From an uncultured Candidatus Saccharibacteria bacterium (GTDB taxonomy: Bacteria; Patescibacteriota; Minisyncoccia; Phycocordibacterales; CAIRYW01): 33,106 nucleotides of DNA. Positions 1 through 7,743 of this stretch are shown here, piece after piece. Within the stretch, counting starts at the first letter, position 1, and each line of letters begins with the position of its first letter. The notes beneath the pieces are model-generated. The model was not told the origin of the DNA. It made no database searches and was given only the letters and a program-made list of their open reading frames with translations. Position numbers and translations under genes: made by a program. The stretch lies in assembly GCA_964500855.1 (NCBI GenBank), contig CAZCQK010000002.1:6728-39833 (forward strand). The letters are read 5' to 3'.

Positions 1-124
1 ACTGTTGGGATTAGGTAACTCATGGGGAGAGTATATAGTATCAGGTATATAGTATCAAGAGTTATAGAGGGAGGGGTGGTATGCGGTATATGGTAAAAAT
101 ATAGCAAAAGGAAAAATATAGTAC

Positions 125-161
125 AAAGAAAAGAAAGCCGGTTTCGCAGAGCGAAACCGGC
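125..161 (-). terminator. Rho-independent terminator downstream of the 178..648 gene
   Basis: Perfect 11-bp stem gccggtttcgc (137-147) / gcgaaaccggc (151-161) with a 3-nt loop. On the minus strand a T-rich run follows (complement of aaagaaaagaaa, 125-136). Confidence 0.6.
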
Positions 162-177
162 AAGACACAAATTATAA

Positions 178-648
178 TTATCTTTTTCCAGCAATAAACC
201 TCAAATAAATACCGTGGATTAGGGTCAATAATTCCATTTTTACATTATGACGAGCTTCATCTATGTGCTCGGCATTAATGTGTGCGAATTGAAACATTTC
301 CATTGTAAACAGTAAGTCTGTGGCACTTATACCTAGTGGTCCGCGTGGGAATTTGAGTTGCCATGGATCTAGCTCTTTATGCGTATAATCTGGATAAGTT
401 GCGGTGTCAAAAATTTCCTTTCCAGAACAGTAAGGAAGTAATTCATTGACACTGAATCCAAATTCATCAGAAAGATCAAGAAAGACTGCATAAGCATCCG
501 AAGATGTAATGAAATCTTTTACTTTCTCAAAGACGAAGAGGTGTTCCTGTGGTGGAATTATTGCTTCAACCTCTGCAAAAACATTGAGAAAATCAGCAAA
601 ACGTTTACCAATGTTCAAATCAATAATCAGAACTTTTACTTTTTTCAT
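178..648 (-). CDS. Hypothetical protein, 156 aa, no family recognised
   Basis: Uninterrupted ORF with its own downstream terminator. Divergent from the TrmB-like gene. No motif I can name. Confidence 0.55.
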   Translation of the reverse strand: MKKVKVLIIDLNIGKRFADFLNVFAEVEAIIPPQEHLFVFEKVKDFITSSDAYAVFLDLSDEFGFSVNELLPYCSGKEIFDTATYPDYTHKELDPWQLKFPRGPLGISATDLLFTMEMFQFAHINAEHIDEARHNVKMELLTLIHGIYLRFIAGKR

Positions 649-712
649 AGTATCTTCTTTGTTTTAAAGAGCACCATTACTCTTTTCTGCAAGAATTATT
701 ATATATAGTCAA

Positions 713-741
713 TATCTGTTGTGAAAAAAGGAGGACAGATA
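713..741. promoter_or_regulatory. Inverted repeat TATCTGT-N15-ACAGATA in a divergent intergenic region
   Basis: tatctgt at 713-719 and acagata at 735-741, between the 178..648 gene (minus) and the TrmB-like gene (plus). Confidence 0.3.
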
Positions 742-800
742 GTTAAAAAAGTAATAGAATATTAGATATTTTAAGAATTTAGTAATTTTGTTAGTAAAAA

Positions 801-835
801 TTGACAAAATTTGGCTACCGAAATAGACTATATAT
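801..835 (+). promoter_or_regulatory. Sigma70-like promoter, TTGACA-17-TAGACT, ending 6 nt before the ATG
   Basis: TTGACA 801-806, 17-nt spacer, TAGACT 824-829, 6 nt, ATG at 836. No SD box. Confidence 0.55.
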
Positions 836-1639
836 ATGGCAATTCAACACGAAAATATACAAAAAAAGCTCGAGAAGTCAGGTCTTTCTGATAAAGAATC
901 GGCCATATATACAGCTCTCCTCGAGCTCGGAGGGGCATATCCATCCCGAATAGCGGAGTATACTGGACTCAATCGCAGTACTATATATATGCTCCTAGAC
1001 CAGATGAGTATAAAGGGGTTGGTTAATCAGGTAGAGAGGAGAAATAAGCAATTTTATCAGCTCGAGAGTCCAAGTAGGCTGGTCAGGAGTGCTAAGATGA
1101 AGCTTTCACTGGTCCAAGATGAGATTGAGTCGGCTCAAAGACTACTTCCTGATTTAGAAGGGCTATTCTCAGTCGCAGATAAGCCCAAAGTCACTTACTA
1201 TGAGGGGATAGATGGAGTGCTTGAGATCTATGCTACTCACGTAAACGTCTCAAAGCCCTATGAAATGCTAGCTTGGGCTAATGTTCGGGAGGTTGAGGAG
1301 CTGTTGCCACAAAATTTCTTTCAAAATTATATAAAAACCAAAAATCAGAAGGGTATAAGCTCGAGGGGGATATTTCCTGACCATGAGATGGATAAGACCT
1401 TTATTGATAGAGCATATGCCGACTTTAGGGAAGATATAATGCCAAATGTTCGTTTCATGCCTAGAGAAAAGTTTCCATTCAAATCAGAGATTACTATATA
1501 TGGGGAGAAAAACGTCTCAATAATCAATCTCGGTAAAGATAGGTTAACAGGTGTGATTATTGAAGACCCCACCATTCACGGCCTTATGAAGATGATATTC
1601 GAGTTAAGTTGGAATGGAGTGAATCAGCACTTCGCTTGA
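836..1639 (+). CDS. TrmB-family winged-helix transcriptional regulator
   Basis: N-terminal HTH pattern LSDKESAIYTALLELGGAYPSRIAEYTGLNRSTIYMLLDQMSIKGLV is typical of the TrmB/sugar-sensing regulator family. 267 aa, TGA stop. Confidence 0.8.
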   Translation: MAIQHENIQKKLEKSGLSDKESAIYTALLELGGAYPSRIAEYTGLNRSTIYMLLDQMSIKGLVNQVERRNKQFYQLESPSRLVRSAKMKLSLVQDEIESAQRLLPDLEGLFSVADKPKVTYYEGIDGVLEIYATHVNVSKPYEMLAWANVREVEELLPQNFFQNYIKTKNQKGISSRGIFPDHEMDKTFIDRAYADFREDIMPNVRFMPREKFPFKSEITIYGEKNVSIINLGKDRLTGVIIEDPTIHGLMKMIFELSWNGVNQHFA

Positions 1640-1749
1640 GGGGTGCGGAGCAGGGAGGTGTGTAGTAACCTCACCCCGTAGAAGACCACGACCCTCTCCT
1701 TATTAAGGAAAGGGTGGATTATCGGTTGGGAGAGGTGTATAGTGCGCTT

Positions 1750-2292
1750 ATGGCGAACAAACTAAAGATAGTAGAACTAGGGGATCCAATACTTCGTAAG
1801 AAGGCTAAAGCCGTTTCGAAGTCTCTGATTAGAACAAAGAAGTTTCAAAGTTTCATAGACGATTTGATTCGGACTTGCGATAAGAGCGCTGGAGTAGGTA
1901 TTGCTTCACCTCAGGTTGGAGTTTCGCAGAGATTATTTATTCTCTGGAGTAGAGCAGGTAAGAGGTATAAGAATGTGCCGAAGCTTGGTCCAATAGCAAT
2001 AATCAATCCCAAAATAATCTCAACATCTAAGAAGACAGTGAATGGTTATGAAGGATGTCTATCTCTTCCGCATATAAGAGGAATGGTCAGAAGGTTCGAG
2101 TCAGTTGATGTTGCCTTCACGACTCGAGAAGGGGAGAATGTACGAGTTACTTTTGAAGGGTTCCCTGCGCGCATCTTTCAACATGAGTTTGATCATTTGA
2201 ATGGAGTGATGTTTGTTGACCGAGTTGATATAAAGACCCTCATCACAACTAAAGAGTACGAGAAGTTAGTAAAGAAAAGTTTTAGAAAATAA
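1750..2292 (+). CDS. def: Peptide deformylase
   Basis: Three PDF motifs: GVGIASPQVG, EGCLSLP and QHEFDHLNG. I prefer ATG 1750 (MANKLKIVELGD..) to the GTG at 1714 in the ORF track. TATAGT at 1738-1743 lies 6 nt upstream. Confidence 0.9.
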   Translation: MANKLKIVELGDPILRKKAKAVSKSLIRTKKFQSFIDDLIRTCDKSAGVGIASPQVGVSQRLFILWSRAGKRYKNVPKLGPIAIINPKIISTSKKTVNGYEGCLSLPHIRGMVRRFESVDVAFTTREGENVRVTFEGFPARIFQHEFDHLNGVMFVDRVDIKTLITTKEYEKLVKKSFRK

Positions 2293-2322
2293 AAATAGCA
2301 GGCGAGGATCGAACTCGTCTGC
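2285..2322. terminator. Hairpin between convergent def and the 2342..2731 gene (probably a bidirectional terminator)
   Basis: Stem gcaggcgag (2298-2306) / ctcgtctgc (2314-2322), 7-nt loop, one G-U on the plus strand. On the minus strand it is followed by tatttttatttt. Confidence 0.5.
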
Positions 2323-2341
2323 CATGATTTGATACCACCAT

Positions 2342-2731
2342 CTACTGCGGTTCCTTCAATTGCAAAACATTTTTGTTGAGCGACGGGAACCTGATTGTAA
2401 CACCCTTTTGACTTGGAATCCCGAGGATTTTGGGTAGCTGATCACATAAGGTGTGAAAGAGTTTCCCATAGTCAGCCTCAGTCTTGACACCGCCCGCATC
2501 AACCATTGCTTTGTTGATCTTGGCGTAAATTTCATCCACCTTCCCTTTGTCTTTCTCGTTGATGCCAACGAAGGAGATTGAGAGGTAGGGGAGAGCTGGC
2601 GGATGGTCATCCGCATTGTAGAAGTAGATTGTATCGACAATCCAAACATCCTTGACCCCTGCGAAGCAGGGAGAGGATGTGAGGGTGAAGATGACGGCGA
2701 AAAGAACGGTGAACAGAGTTTGTGCTTTCAT
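2342..2731 (-). CDS. Small secreted protein, 129 aa, unknown function
   Basis: N-terminal signal peptide MKAQTLFTVLFAVIFTLTSSPCFAG. Own promoter and terminator. Visibly higher G+C than its neighbours. Confidence 0.65.
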   Translation of the reverse strand: MKAQTLFTVLFAVIFTLTSSPCFAGVKDVWIVDTIYFYNADDHPPALPYLSISFVGINEKDKGKVDEIYAKINKAMVDAGGVKTEADYGKLFHTLCDQLPKILGIPSQKGVTIRFPSLNKNVLQLKEPQ

Positions 2732-2739
2732 CAGAACTG

Positions 2740-2767
2740 ATATTAGTCATAAACTAGCTAAAGTCAA
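2740..2767 (-). promoter_or_regulatory. Promoter TTGACT-16-TAATAT, 8 nt upstream of the ATG at 2731
   Basis: Read on the minus strand: TTGACT (2767..2762), 16-nt spacer, TAATAT (2745..2740), 8 nt, ATG. Confidence 0.5.
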
Positions 2768-2815
2768 TTATTTAGTATAATCTCATTGCGAGGGATTAAA
2801 TATTAATTATTGCTA

Positions 2816-3517
2816 ATGAGACTTCATAGATTTTTTGTTGAGGAGGATTTGGGTAGAGAGACAGTTTCAATATTTGATGAGAAGTTGCTTCACCAACTTC
2901 GAGATGTTTTTAGATTGGGAACTGGAGATAGGGTAATATTTTTTAACCAACCTACTAGCGAAGCAGATGGTTTTGATTATTTATACGAAGTAGATTTTAT
3001 TTCTAAGAAAGAAGCGAGTTTTAGATTTATTTCGAAGTCCAAAAATTTTATCCCTAAGCAGAAGGTTACTCTACTAATGTCGGTTATCAAAAAAGAAAAC
3101 TTTGAGCTTGTGGTAGAGAAAGCGGTGGAGCTTGGAGTAAGCGAGATTGTGCCGATAGTAACAGAACGTACTCTAGTCAAGAATTTAAATACCGAGAGAC
3201 TTCGAAAGATAATCGTAGAAGCGAGTGAGCAGTGTGGGCGAGGAGACGTGCCGATGCTTTCAGAAACTATTGATCTCGAAACTGCACTCCAAAACTTTTC
3301 TGATATTATCGCTTTCGATATATCTGGAGGAAGCCTTGAAGCTTCAAGCTCGAAGCTCTCAACTCCAAGCTTTCTTATTGGTCCCGAAGGTGGGTGGAGT
3401 GAAAGTGAGCTCGCACTAATTAGAGAGAAAAATATTTTGATTGCAAAACTTGGTGACACTACTCTCCGTGCCGAAACAGCAGCGATCGTAGCTTGCGCGA
3501 AAGTCCTCTTAATTTAG
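2816..3517 (+). CDS. rsmE: 16S rRNA (uracil1498-N3)-methyltransferase RsmE
   Basis: MRLHRFFV start, GPEGGWSESEL and LGDTTLRAETAAI motifs are characteristic of RsmE. ATG 2816 preferred over TTG 2810. Confidence 0.85.
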   Translation: MRLHRFFVEEDLGRETVSIFDEKLLHQLRDVFRLGTGDRVIFFNQPTSEADGFDYLYEVDFISKKEASFRFISKSKNFIPKQKVTLLMSVIKKENFELVVEKAVELGVSEIVPIVTERTLVKNLNTERLRKIIVEASEQCGRGDVPMLSETIDLETALQNFSDIIAFDISGGSLEASSSKLSTPSFLIGPEGGWSESELALIREKNILIAKLGDTTLRAETAAIVACAKVLLI

Positions 3518-3775
3518 ACAGATTGTTTTTCGGGTACATACTTTCTTCAGCACGCTGTAAAATTTTGCTAAATTTTCAGCTAGTTCTCACACCGTCGTGT
3601 TCCGAAATGCTTCAGAAAACATGTACCGCTCGGCGAAATTTTATATCGAATTGGGACAGTGTTGAGGGTACAAGTTTTGAGGGGCTTCGCAGGCGGGTAG
3701 CCGAGACGGAGCAAAAAATCAGTAGAATTTTATGCGTGCCCGAACAAACTTGTACCTGAGAAAGCTGTCTGTCAC
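3518..3775 (+). ncRNA. Candidate structured RNA or structured 3' UTR, class not recognised
   Basis: Non-coding gap with nested long-range helices. Outer helix: 3517-3522/3768-3773 and 3526-3531/3758-3763, with G-U pairs valid only on the plus strand. Helix A: 3531-3551/3609-3628. Perfect 11-bp helix B: 3667-3677/3746-3756. Local hairpins at 3554-3580 and 3589-3600. Ends at the 3796-3826 terminator. Confidence 0.3.
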
Positions 3776-3795
3776 CCACTACTCATCTACAAAAC

Positions 3796-3826
3796 AAAAC
3801 AGACTGCGCGTTTCGCAGTCTGTTTT
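3796..3826. terminator. Bidirectional rho-independent terminator (rsmE side and tig side)
   Basis: 13-bp stem aaaacagactgcg / cgcagtctgtttt with a 5-nt loop. T-runs follow on both strands. Confidence 0.7.
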
Positions 3827-3856
3827 GTTTCATGGCGTGTTATTCAGAAAATAACC

Positions 3857-4864
3857 TTACTTTGCCTGTGTTTCGAGAAACTTGAATACTTCCTCCTTGG
3901 TCAACACTTCTTCTACGAAACCGTATATCCTATCTTCTGGAGAACCTGGGTAGTGTTCGATCATGTGCTTCGCTTCATGCTCGATGTCTTCCTTTTTTGG
4001 TTCTAACTTTTCGGCGCGAGCAATCTCAAGAAGTATAAGTTCGCTCTCTGCTCTCTCCTTTGCTTTCTCCTTCCATTCTTCTTTCATGCCTTCTTCGGTC
4101 TTACCTGTATCCTTTCTGTACTGCTCGAGTGTGGCTCCCATCTGACCTAGTCTATGTGAGAACTCGTTCATCATTCTCTCGAGCTCATTCTCAATTAGAA
4201 TTTCTGGTACGTCTATTTTTGAATCTTTTCGTATTGCTTCTAGAGTCTCTATTCTTCTAGTCTCTCGGGCCTTGTACTCCTTTTCGTTTTTGAGATTTTC
4301 TTTGACCTTTGCTCGGAGCTCATCAACACTCTTAAAGTCTCCAAGCTTCTTAGCGAACTCATCATCTATTTCTGGATTCTCTATTCCTTCTGCTTGCTTG
4401 CGATGGTTCTTTAGTTCTTCAAACACCTGATCAACATCCTTGTCAGTAACTTCAGTGTCGATTTTTTTATCCATTGCCTTTGATGCAATTTTCTTATAGT
4501 CAGGAAGTTTTATTTCTGGCACAACAGTAGTTTGGATTGTTACTTCGACAGGAGCATTACGAGCAATTTTGGTTATTACGATTTTTGGATTACCGAGAAT
4601 CTTGAGATTGTTTTCGATTACTACTTTGGTATAGACGTCGCCTATCGCAAGTTGGGCTGCTTCTTCTAATATCACCATCTCACCGACTTTCTCGACCAAA
4701 ATCTTTTCTGGTACATGGCCTGGTCTAAACCCATCAAGCTTCGCATGCTCGCCAATTGATTTGACTGCCTTATCCCAGTTGGCTTCTATAGTCTCACTTG
4801 CTATCTCTACTTTGATTTCTACTATTGAACCTTCCTTCTTTTCTAATGATTTTACTGTATGCAT
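3857..4864 (-). CDS. tig: Trigger factor, short form lacking the PPIase domain
   Basis: N-terminal ribosome-binding signature GFRPGHVP. The C-terminal arm region (DDEFAKKLG..SVDELRAKVKENL) follows directly. Only 335 aa. Confidence 0.85.
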   Translation of the reverse strand: MHTVKSLEKKEGSIVEIKVEIASETIEANWDKAVKSIGEHAKLDGFRPGHVPEKILVEKVGEMVILEEAAQLAIGDVYTKVVIENNLKILGNPKIVITKIARNAPVEVTIQTTVVPEIKLPDYKKIASKAMDKKIDTEVTDKDVDQVFEELKNHRKQAEGIENPEIDDEFAKKLGDFKSVDELRAKVKENLKNEKEYKARETRRIETLEAIRKDSKIDVPEILIENELERMMNEFSHRLGQMGATLEQYRKDTGKTEEGMKEEWKEKAKERAESELILLEIARAEKLEPKKEDIEHEAKHMIEHYPGSPEDRIYGFVEEVLTKEEVFKFLETQAK

Positions 4865-4910
4865 TTTGTTTATTTATTGCTCTTCGTAGGAGTGCATAAT
4901 ACATAAATTT

Positions 4911-4949
4911 TGAGAAAACACAAAAGCCCAGAACATGTAGTCCTGGGCT
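4911..4949 (-). terminator. Terminator after the 4957..5289 gene
   Basis: Stem agcccag (4925-4931) / ctgggct (4943-4949). On the minus strand it is followed by ttttgtgttttc. Confidence 0.5.
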
Positions 4950-4956
4950 TCGATTA

Positions 4957-5289
4957 TTACTTTGAGAATGATTGGTCTAGATTATCTAGTTCAACTTTTA
5001 TATCTGTGTTTCCGATTTCATCCAAATTCTTTTTGAGTGTCTCTTTAATGCTTGTTCTGTTTGGGGTCGGCTTGGTTGTTTGATTTGGTATGACGTTGTT
5101 TAGATATGGTTTGAGGTATATAAAACCGATATAGGCACATATGGCCAAGAATAAAATAATCAAAATTATTTTCGGAAACTTTCTTTTCTTGTTTTGGATT
5201 GGAATTGAGATTGGCTCTGCTTGCTTCGGTGCCTCTTGTGGGGCGGAAGGCATTTTATTTAATGCATCAGGGTTGTTTGTTATTTCCAT
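4957..5289 (-). CDS. Single-pass membrane protein, 110 aa, unknown function
   Basis: Central hydrophobic helix KIILIILFLAICAYIGFIYL preceded by KKRKFP. Tightly follows the upstream gene. Confidence 0.55.
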   Translation of the reverse strand: MEITNNPDALNKMPSAPQEAPKQAEPISIPIQNKKRKFPKIILIILFLAICAYIGFIYLKPYLNNVIPNQTTKPTPNRTSIKETLKKNLDEIGNTDIKVELDNLDQSFSK

Positions 5290-5293
5290 AAAT

Positions 5294-5833
5294 TTATTTT
5301 TGTGGCAGTGCCTCTACCACTTTCTTGTAAGCTTCAACCGCATTATCTAAGAGTGCTCGAGTCTTTGTGACTTCCTCTATTACAGCCTCCTTTGATACTA
5401 ACCCTCCATCTACCGCACTTCCAATTCCTGCATTCATTGCGTCCATGTCTATTCTTGAAGTATCAAGAGTTTGGCGAGCGGTCTTTAGTAGCGACATGAT
5501 GTTGCTAACATCAGTGCCGTTCTTTTGTTCTATTGTTATTGCGTTTTGGATTTGTTTATCTAGTTGACCTATTCTACTTATAGATCCGAGCATCTTGCTG
5601 AATACTGATGCTAGAGATCTCTTGATTTTGGTTCGATGATTTAAATCCAGTTTGATTTTTGTTCCTACCTTAGATTCTGTTATTGATTTTTTGGTTTCAG
5701 TTTGGACCTTTAGCCGTTCTGTTTGGAGTGAAGATGCGAACGGCTTGGTACTCGTGCTTGTTGAGGCGTGTGAGTAGATAGGTAGTAAAATTATAGTAGA
5801 GAATAAAATATATTTAACTTTAGATATTTTCAT
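5294..5833 (-). CDS. Secreted, predominantly helical protein, 179 aa, unknown function
   Basis: Signal peptide MKISKVKYILFSTIILLPIYSHAS. A promoter lies directly upstream. Confidence 0.6.
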   Translation of the reverse strand: MKISKVKYILFSTIILLPIYSHASTSTSTKPFASSLQTERLKVQTETKKSITESKVGTKIKLDLNHRTKIKRSLASVFSKMLGSISRIGQLDKQIQNAITIEQKNGTDVSNIMSLLKTARQTLDTSRIDMDAMNAGIGSAVDGGLVSKEAVIEEVTKTRALLDNAVEAYKKVVEALPQK

Positions 5834-5840
5834 ACTATAT

Positions 5841-5869
5841 ATTATACCGCGATGTGTCTACTATGCCAA
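5841..5869 (-). promoter_or_regulatory. Promoter TTGGCA-17-TATAAT, 7 nt upstream of the ATG at 5833
   Basis: Read on the minus strand: TTGGCA (5869..5864), 17-nt spacer, TATAAT (5846..5841), 7 nt, ATG. Confidence 0.5.
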
Positions 5870-5899
5870 AACAAAACCGCCGAGAATGTCGGCGGTTTT
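5866..5899 (-). terminator. Terminator after ppa
   Basis: Stem aaaaccgccga (5873-5883) / tcggcggtttt (5889-5899), 5-nt loop. A T-run follows on the minus strand. Confidence 0.65.
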
Positions 5900-5903
5900 G
5901 TTT

Positions 5904-6428
5904 CTATTGATTGAATTTTTGTTTGTATAGTTCCCTTGAGTGATTGAAGGCGTTTTCTATTGATTCTTTGCCTTCGAATCCAGATATAGTGACCACTTTC
6001 TTCTGGATGTTCTTATATGTTAAGAAGAAGTGCTCAATCTCTTTTATTGTGTGAGGATTTATATCCTCGAGGTCATGTACGTTATCCCATCGAGGATCAT
6101 CTACAGGGACCGCGATCACTTTCTCATCTGCTTCGCCATTGTCTACCATGTGCATGAGAGCTACTGGTCTAGACTTTACTAATATGCCTGGGAAGAGCGG
6201 ATAAGTAGTCAGAAGTACAACATCCAGTGCGTCTCCATCATCCCAAAGGGTCTGAGGTACGAATCCATAATCAAATGGATAATCCTGTGCGCTGTGTGAA
6301 GCGCGATCAAGCGCTATTAGTCCAGTCTTTTTATCTATCTCGTATTTGTTTTTTGAGCCCTTTGGTATTTCGATGATTACGTTTAGCTCATCTTTATTAC
6401 CTGCCTCAACATCGTGCCAATAGTTCAT
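5904..6428 (-). CDS. ppa: Inorganic pyrophosphatase (family I)
   Basis: DYPFDYGFVPQTLWDDGDALDVVLL and surrounding motifs are typical of soluble PPase. 174 aa. Confidence 0.9.
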   Translation of the reverse strand: MNYWHDVEAGNKDELNVIIEIPKGSKNKYEIDKKTGLIALDRASHSAQDYPFDYGFVPQTLWDDGDALDVVLLTTYPLFPGILVKSRPVALMHMVDNGEADEKVIAVPVDDPRWDNVHDLEDINPHTIKEIEHFFLTYKNIQKKVVTISGFEGKESIENAFNHSRELYKQKFNQ

Positions 6429-6450
6429 GGTGATGATTTTAGTTTTTAAT

Positions 6451-7608
6451 TTACTCAGCTGATTCTTCTGAAGATTCTTCCTCTACCTTTGTTTCGGTCT
6501 CTTCTGGTTTTGGTGTTGGAGCTCCTGAAGATTTGATATCAATTCTAAATCCTGTGAGCTTTGCTGCAAGGCGTACGTTCTGTCCTCCTCGTCCGATAGC
6601 AAGTGACTGCTGGTCTTCTGATACTGTGACTGTTGCTGTGTTTGTGTCGCTATCTACTTCAACACTCTCAACACGAGCAGGTGATAGAGAATCTTCTACG
6701 AATTTAGCGAGATCATCTGACCACTCTATTATATCTATCTTCTCACCTCCAAGCTCACTCATGACGGTAGAAACTCTTACCCCTCTTTGACCTACCATGG
6801 ATCCAATTGGATCAATATGAGAGTCGCTTGAGAATACAGCAACCTTAGAACGGCTACCTGCTTCACGAGCGATTGCTCGTATTGTTACTGTGCCAGCAAC
6901 AATTTCTGGTACTTCTGATTCAAAAAGCTTCTCTAGAAATTGTGGATGAGCACGAGATAGTCGAAGAAACACTCCTCTTGGAGTCTCCTCTACTTTAGTA
7001 AGGTACATGCGTACCTTCTCTCCTTGTCTATATCTCTCTCCTGGGATTTGTTCTTCGTAAGGAAGTATTCCAGAAGCACGTCCCATATCGAAATAGACGT
7101 TTCCTCGTTCTATTCTCTGAACTTGTCCCGTAACAATAGATCCTTCCTTTTCACCGAACTCACCAAACACAGAAACCTTCTCTGCCTCTCTAATCTTTTG
7201 GATTATGACTTGTTTAGCTGTTTGGGCTGCGATACGACCGAAGTCGCTCTTAGGTTCAAGTGGGAAAATCATCTCATCTTCAACAACTACTCCCTTCTTC
7301 ATTTTGCGGGCGTCTTCTAGAAGCATGTGGTGTTCTGGGTTGAAACGTGTCCTCTCGTCATCTTCTGCAGGCTCTTCGCCCTCCATGATTACTTGAGTTG
7401 GGTCTACAACGGTTTTGATTTGGTAGAAGTCGGTCTTGCCGGTATTGATATCAAATGATGCACGCACAATCTGACCGCGCTTTCCATATTCTTTCTTATA
7501 GGCGGTTGCGAGCGAAGCTTCAATTGCTTCAATTATTTTTTCTTTTGGGATGCCACGCTCTTCTTCTAGCTGAGCGAGGACTGAATGTATAACTTTTAGG
7601 TCAAACAT
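6451..7608 (-). CDS. nusA: Transcription termination/antitermination factor NusA
   Basis: NusA N-terminal domain (MFDLKVIHSVLAQLEEERGIPKEKIIEAIE), an S1 domain and two KH domains (GQRGVRV, GRGGQNVRLA). ATG 7608 preferred; the track start at 7701 adds a non-homologous extension. Confidence 0.9.
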   Translation of the reverse strand: MFDLKVIHSVLAQLEEERGIPKEKIIEAIEASLATAYKKEYGKRGQIVRASFDINTGKTDFYQIKTVVDPTQVIMEGEEPAEDDERTRFNPEHHMLLEDARKMKKGVVVEDEMIFPLEPKSDFGRIAAQTAKQVIIQKIREAEKVSVFGEFGEKEGSIVTGQVQRIERGNVYFDMGRASGILPYEEQIPGERYRQGEKVRMYLTKVEETPRGVFLRLSRAHPQFLEKLFESEVPEIVAGTVTIRAIAREAGSRSKVAVFSSDSHIDPIGSMVGQRGVRVSTVMSELGGEKIDIIEWSDDLAKFVEDSLSPARVESVEVDSDTNTATVTVSEDQQSLAIGRGGQNVRLAAKLTGFRIDIKSSGAPTPKPEETETKVEEESSEESAE

Positions 7609-7628
7609 GGTCTTATTCAATTGTCTTG

Positions 7629-7658
7629 TAAAAAATAAAGCTCGCCTCGAAGCGAACT
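7629..7658 (-). terminator. Intrinsic terminator-like hairpin inside the nusA leader (possible attenuator)
   Basis: Minus-strand stem agttcgc/gcgagct (7658..7639) with one G-U, which would be an A-C mismatch on the plus strand. ttatttttt follows. It lies about 20 nt upstream of the nusA ATG. Confidence 0.45.
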
Positions 7659-7702
7659 CTTTCTGCCACACAATAATATCATGTAAATCGGTACTCGGCA
7701 AG

Positions 7703-7743
7703 GTGCATAACTATTGGACATCGGATGTCCAATAGTTATGCAC
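7703..7743. repeat. 41-bp perfect palindrome (20-bp arms around one central base), with a third half-site at 7771-7780
   Basis: gtgcataactattggacatc g gatgtccaatagttatgcac. The half-site agttatgcac recurs at 7771-7780, abutting a minus-strand TATAAT (7770..7765). Confidence 0.8.

Noticed and set aside
1640-1716. A GC-rich stretch between the TrmB gene and def contains two imperfect hairpins (ggggtg/cacccc around 1642-1677, and accctctcc/ggaaagggt at 1692-1716). I considered a small RNA or riboswitch.
   Set aside because: The stems are short and interrupted, no T-run or conserved motif is visible, and the segment is only about 75 nt. It is most simply a weak terminator or spacer. Not supportable as a feature.
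2298-2345. On the minus strand the segment reads ..gacgagTTCGATCctcgcctgcta.., which looks like a tRNA T-arm plus acceptor 3' half. That raised the idea of a tRNA gene or a tRNA-fragment att site.
   Set aside because: No D-arm, anticodon arm or matching 5' acceptor strand can be built. The upstream 50 nt run into the 2342..2731 coding region. The hairpin with flanking T-runs is fully explained as a terminator between convergent genes.
3493-3759. An 88-aa plus-strand ORF spanning the rsmE-tig gap.
   Set aside because: It starts inside rsmE with no promoter or RBS context. Its sequence is Cys/Arg-rich with no motif. The same DNA shows extensive complementary helices, so RNA structure is the better explanation. 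Low confidence either way.
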